In this document: positions 58,757-64,000 of the stretch, in pieces
Position numbering within the stretch: position 1 is the stretch's first letter
Layout of the letters: each line of letters opens with the position of its first letter
Source of the DNA: the human T2T-CHM13v2.0 reference genome, Homo sapiens
Length of the DNA: 64,000 nt
NCBI RefSeq assembly: GCF_009914755.1
Contig: NC_060928.1
Direction: 5' to 3' (one strand)
Position numbers and translations under genes: made by a program
The notes under the pieces: generated by a model
What the model was told of the DNA's origin: nothing
Seen by the model: the letters and a program-made list of their open reading frames with translations, nothing else
Databases searched by the model: none

Positions 58757-59513
58757 ACCAATGACATAATTTAAGAAAATTTCCCAAACTGAAGAATGAA
58801 AGTTTCCAGATTCAAAGAGCCCAACACAATGCATGAAAACAGACCCAAACCTAGGCACAGTGTCGTGAAATTTTAGGACTGTGGAGGCCAAGAGAAAATT
58901 CTATAAACTTCAGGGAGGACCCAGCAAATTGTAACCTCTACACAGATTACAAGAAAAAGCTGAGGAATCAGTAGAGTTCTAAATTTCTCAACAGCAATAC
59001 CACAATGTGGAAGTCAATAGAACAATGCCTTCAAAATTGCCATCTTAGAAATCTACACTCAGTCAAACTATCAATTGTCAGTTGAAAACATATTTTCAGG
59101 CATCTACAGTCTCAGAAAAGTAGACCTCTAGGCATCCTATTCCAGGAAGCTCCTTTAGGATGGGCTCTACCAAAAGAAGGGAGTCAACCAAGACTGAGGA
59201 AGACATGTGCTACAAGTACCAGGAGATCCAACACAAGAGACAAATGATGAGAATCTCCAGAATGATGACAAAGGGAACCCTTGGGGTGACAAGTGTGCCA
59301 ATGTACCAAAGGCACCCAGTCTGGATTATAGCAAGCCAGTAGGCTCAGGAACAGCTTCTTGAGGAAAACGAAATTGACAAAATACCTGGTCAATTGAGGG
59401 AGAATTTGGAAAACTGGCCAAGAGCTGTGGGTTTAATCAATGAAGAGCACAAAATAAATAAAATGAACAAACAAATCCATTATTAACTCCAAGGAAAATA
59501 AAAAGTTATGTTT

Positions 59514-59804
<291 letters not shown>

Positions 59805-62137
59805 AGTTATGCTTGGCTTAGCTGTGAATTTTGATCTAACCATTATTCAATATTCTGTTTTAACGACTGCAAGAATGGGAAAATAGGGAAGCTGTACTTG
59901 CGTTGGGGGTTGGAGGGAAAAAGAGAGCCAACTCATCATCTTCCACAGTGGGAAGTCAACAGATAATGCTTAAAATTGAAAAATCAAGAAGTATCAACTA
60001 TAAGCCACAAATGGCAAAGAATTACAAGTGGTTGTTTCTGGAAAGGGAGAAATGTAACTTGGATAAAAGTTTAAAACTATAAACCATAACAAAACAAACT
60101 TTGGCTTCTGTGCCCACACATTTTTACATTTGTTTGCTTTTTCTTTGTTTCCCTAATAACAATCTGTTTTGAAAAAGCCCATCCTTGTTTCTCTAAACAA
60201 AAGAGTATGTAATTCTCTACATCTATACTACAGTAGCTGCGGTCATCTGAGCTCTGAGCAGTCAAACATGGTGGGGAAATTAATTGTTACAATCCAATCC
60301 CAGAAGAATTGGTTGAGCTGGGGTAGTGACAATAAGGCAAGCCCAAGCACAGGCGTGTTTGGAGGTGGAGGCAACTACTAGGCCCCTTCCTTCTGGGTTG
60401 TTTCTTATTTTTCCACAAACCTTTTATAATAGCATAACCACATCGTACAGGATAATTTTACAATTGCCAGTGACCATGAGCCAATTTCACTTTTTTCCAA
60501 CAGACTTGAATGCCCAATTTATGATCGTAATTAGTCCAACCAAGGCAGCTGGCCCCCAAGACTGTTGATCTGGGTTTGACTTCAGTAACTCCACTTTGCC
60601 TGCTGTAGACTGGACAAGAAGGGAGCATAATAAAGGCTCTGAAGCAGCAGACATCCAAGGAGCATCCACGGGGAACCAGCACCATGCTGAAGATCAACAC
60701 TCATGCTGACTCTGCAGACCAAGTACCCCTGCCCTGAACAACATGGTGATTTGTCTAGGGGTAAGAATCTGGGAGGGGTGGGGTGGAAGCTGAGGAGCTG
60801 GAACAGCTGGGGCAGGGAGGAGAGGCACCAACCTGGTCAACCTGGAGGAACCTGTAGGCAGAGGTGTGGCTGGAGGCCCAAGGCCCTGTCTCCCAGCACT
60901 CTGGATACCCAGAGAAAGGCAGAGAGGCCAGTAATTCTTCCCCAAGCGTAAAAGTAGGCCAGACACTGCTCACAACCCTTCCAACCTCCCTATCAAGGGT
61001 CAACTTAAGGAAGCAAAGGTTACCATTATCTCAGCTTTATTTTCCACGGTTTGGTAAAACATAGCTGCTGCCCTTGAGTAACTAGCTGCTGAGAAAACAT
61101 GATTATCTTGATAAAGAATAAAGTAGGTTGAAAATGCTAGAGCATACATTAATATTCTATATCCTTTCCTAGTTGGGAAGATGTGAAAATTCTAGTTGGA
61201 CCTATGTGGGGCAAAGGTATTGCCAACTAGAGTAAAGCACTGACTGCATGAGTTTACACTTGGCCTATACAGTTCCACAGACCAGAATGTACACACCCTT
61301 GTGAGAAGAGTCAAGATCATTAACATAAACACACCACAGTAAGCATCTGCGTTGGCAAGAGTGTAATATATGGATCAGATTAACTGGAGTATGGGGAAAG
61401 TGTAAGTCTTCCGTAAACATTGAAAATGTAACTAAACTAAAAAATACTTTCAAATACATAATGTGAAAGTTACCCATACTTCTATTTTCCCCTTAGAAAT
61501 AAATCTTAACATCCCTTACTCCAGGTGATTATTGCAGAGTAAGCAGCTACCAGTGTCACGACCTAAACTGTTAAATCCCAAACTTTATTTGGGAGATCCG
61601 CTGGTTTGTTTCTTCCCAGCTCTTTAGCAGAGAATAATCTAGAAGTGAGTAAATTCTCAGAATTTCCCAAGAGGAAAATGAGCATTCACTGGAAAAATAC
61701 AAGGAATACGCGCAAAACTTATAACTATTTTGGATAATCTTCAAACCCACTTAGCCACCAGCCATCCTGTTGTTCCAAGTTAACATTAAGATCAATCTTT
61801 CGAATCAAATATTCCAGTTTCCAAAGAATAGCAATGGATGAGATTGTTTCCAAACCTGGTACACACCACCATGTTACACGTCCACGGGAAAAATAAAATA
61901 AAATAAAATCCACAAGAAATTTAGGATTAAAGAAAATTAGGAAAGTGTACACTCCCAGGTCAAGGCCCTAGTTTTTCCAAGAAGTACATACATTGGCCGG
62001 GCACCTGTTTTCAATATTCAAACACAACTTCCCGGGGCGAGGTGGGCGGGGTATTGGGGGGGTGGGGAAGAGAACGTGAACTTCACTGGGTGAGTCACGT
62101 GCAACTGCGGAACATCTTGGCCGATACTGCCAAATTT

Positions 62138-62258
62138 TTTTTTTAATACTTTAAGTTCTAGGATACATGTGCACAACGTGCAGGTTTGTTACATATGTAT
62201 ACATGTGCCATGTTGGTGTGCTGCACCCATTAACTTGTCATTTACATTAGGTATATCT
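62138..62258 (-). mobile_element. L1PA extreme 3' stub, sense to TEC
   Basis: Reverse L1 3' end (actttaagttctaggatacatgtgcacaacgtgcagg...); 16-bp TSD cgatactgccaaattt/cgacactgccaaattt. Confidence 0.9.
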
Positions 62259-62279
62259 ATCTCGACACTGCCAAATTTC

Positions 62280-63240
62280 AATCAAGATCGCGCCGCCGCC
62301 CAACCCGAAAGGAGGCATCAGCCCTGCTCGCCGCTGGGACGTGACCCCAACGCTGAACTTGCCGCAGGGCGGCCTCAGGCCTGGAACTTCAAGAAAAAGG
62401 GGCGGGTTTCCTTAGGAGAGGTCAGTGCGGGAGTTGGAGAAGTGGAGAATCTACTGCCGGCAGGAAGGCGAGGCTGCGCCACTGCGCGCACCTGTCCCTC
62501 CTTCCCGGACCGAAGAGGGGACCCAGAGACGGCGCACCCGCGCTCACTGCGGCACGGAGGGGAGAAAATCCTTCCCCGTTCCTCGAGGGGCGTGTGGAAG
62601 CCGCCTCTTGCCGCGCTCATCCCCGTCCCCACCCGTCCTCGCCCGGAGTATCGCACTCCCGGGGCCGCCCCAGCCCGCCCGCGGCGCCCTTACCTGGCTG
62701 AAGCGCGGCTGCTGGGCGGACCTGGGGAGACTGCGAGGTGCAGTCTGCGCCGCGGAGTCCGGAGCCTAGCGCCCCAGAGTCCAGAGCAAAGCGCCCCGCC
62801 CCGCCCTCTGATCTCCCCGTCCCGCCCCCAATCACCCCGCCCCGCCCCGATTGCTGGCCCCGTGGACGCCCTACCCCGCCTCTGATCCTGCAGGCCCGCC
62901 CAGTCCTCGATCGCCCCGCCCCGGTCGCTTGGGCCCTGGGTGGCAGGTTTGCGCAGCCCTGCGGCGATTTCAAGGCAAGTGACCGGAATGGGTCGGAAGC
63001 GCGTCCCGGTGAGTTTCAGGGAGCGTCCCTTAGGTTTCCGGGGGCGGCGTTGAACCTCCCTAGCCCCAGTCTTCCCATCCCAGGAGACCCGCCCCTAGTG
63101 GCTCGAACGCCCCTAGCCAGGAGAGCCCCGAGTAGTGCCACTTGTGGAAGACTACGTGCCTGTCGGAATTAGGAACCGCACCTCCCCTTCCGCTAAGCGG
63201 TGGGAGGCCAGGCGGGTGACGCGGGGCAGTGGAGCCATGC
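62280..63240 (-). promoter_or_regulatory. TEC: CpG island / TATA-less GC-box promoter of TEC
   Basis: High GC and CpG density; repeated CCCCGCCC (Sp/KLF) boxes at ~62793-62922; CCAAT near 62828; ETS-like CGGAA cores at ~62983-62998. Confidence 0.88.
62694..62780 (-). other. TEC: TEC non-coding exon 1 (5' end approximate)
   Basis: Consensus donor CAG|GTAAGG at 62694/62693 inside the CpG island, just downstream of a GC-box cluster; no ATG in the exon. Confidence 0.85.
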
Positions 63241-63729
63241 AGCCTGTTTTACCAAAAGAGTAAGTGGTTTTCCTGTGAAACCCGAGGGGGCAGTGCATAT
63301 CTGATACACTTAGAGGGTCACGTGCACTATTAATGTGTTAACATTAAACTCACTGAAGAGTAGAAAACACATGTAAGACTTAACTGTGTGCCAGGCACTG
63401 TTCTAGGTACTTCACATGTACTAAAAGTTCTCTGAAGCGTATATTATCAGAATCCCCCTTTTCACATACGGTGCAAGTGAGGCAGAGAGAAGCTAAATAA
63501 CTTGCCTAATGTCACCCAACTAGTAAATTGAGAAGCTGGGTTGAGAAGCTGGGCTTCAAATCCAGGTCTTCCTCCTCTGGAGTCTCCACTGTTATTCACG
63601 GCTATCCTGAATCAGCAAAATCTGTGTGCATCCTATACCAGGAACTGTTCCCATGCCTGGGGAAGATGAGGCAAGGGCTCTGCCATTAGGAAACTTTTAT
63701 TCTACTGTAGGAGAAAGACAATAAGTGAT

Positions 63730-64000
63730 TGTCGACTAAAATTTAAAAATCAAGCTGTTAAAGAATGAAAGTTAGTTTTATTCAGAAGTCTTACTGAGGA
63801 CTAGAGATGGAGGCCTACAGCCCTGGAGGAGTCTTTTAGAGAGATTCAAGCAGATCCCTCCAACACAGAACTTCCCTTCTCAATTTAGAAACAGTTGGTG
63901 AAGATTCAGTATGTGTAAAAGCACATCACAGTTTGGGCTTAAGAGTACATCTGTTTATAGATTACAGAAGCATAATCACTAACCTCATCAGACTTTATCT
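63730..64000 (-). mobile_element. ERV1 LTR fragment (MER31/MER67-like), runs off window
   Basis: tgtc...ttttattcagaagtcttactgaggact...; family tentative. Confidence 0.45.

Noticed and set aside
62728-62746. 7-bp stem AGACTGC/GCAGTCT in exon 1
   Set aside because: Short stems are expected in a GC-rich UTR; no recognisable element.
62169-62885. 238-aa plus-strand ORF and other long CpG-island ORFs
   Set aside because: Starts inside an L1 stub. It is Pro/Arg/Ala-rich and stop-poor because of GC content, and all frames here are similarly open.
63528-63553. 13-bp tandem duplication TTGAGAAGCTGGG
   Set aside because: Simple slippage within a MIR-like remnant.

Overview
Primate (human-like) genomic DNA containing the 5' end of TEC, a Tec-family tyrosine kinase, on the minus strand. 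It holds a CpG-island promoter and non-coding exon 1 (~62694-62780), a ~41.1 kb intron 1, exon 2 (21392-21574; 45 nt of UTR plus the first 46 codons of the PH domain), and 21 kb of intron 2 running off the window start. The rest is transposon-rich intron: about 31 Alus or Alu monomers, MaLR/ERV LTRs, L1 and HAL1 fragments, and Tigger/hAT fossils. Repeat families were named from recalled consensus sequences, not from a database search. The strongest lead is a sense-oriented THE1 LTR in intron 1 whose TATA, CCACC-ATG and GTAAGT donor would splice in frame onto exon 2, giving a 26-aa N-terminally extended TEC. Other leads: exon 2 is exactly 61 stop-free codons (an endless ORF if circularised), a 41-bp hairpin lies just downstream of a solo LTR13, and a sense L1 stub puts ATTAAA near the first splice donor. 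All functional claims are hypotheses.
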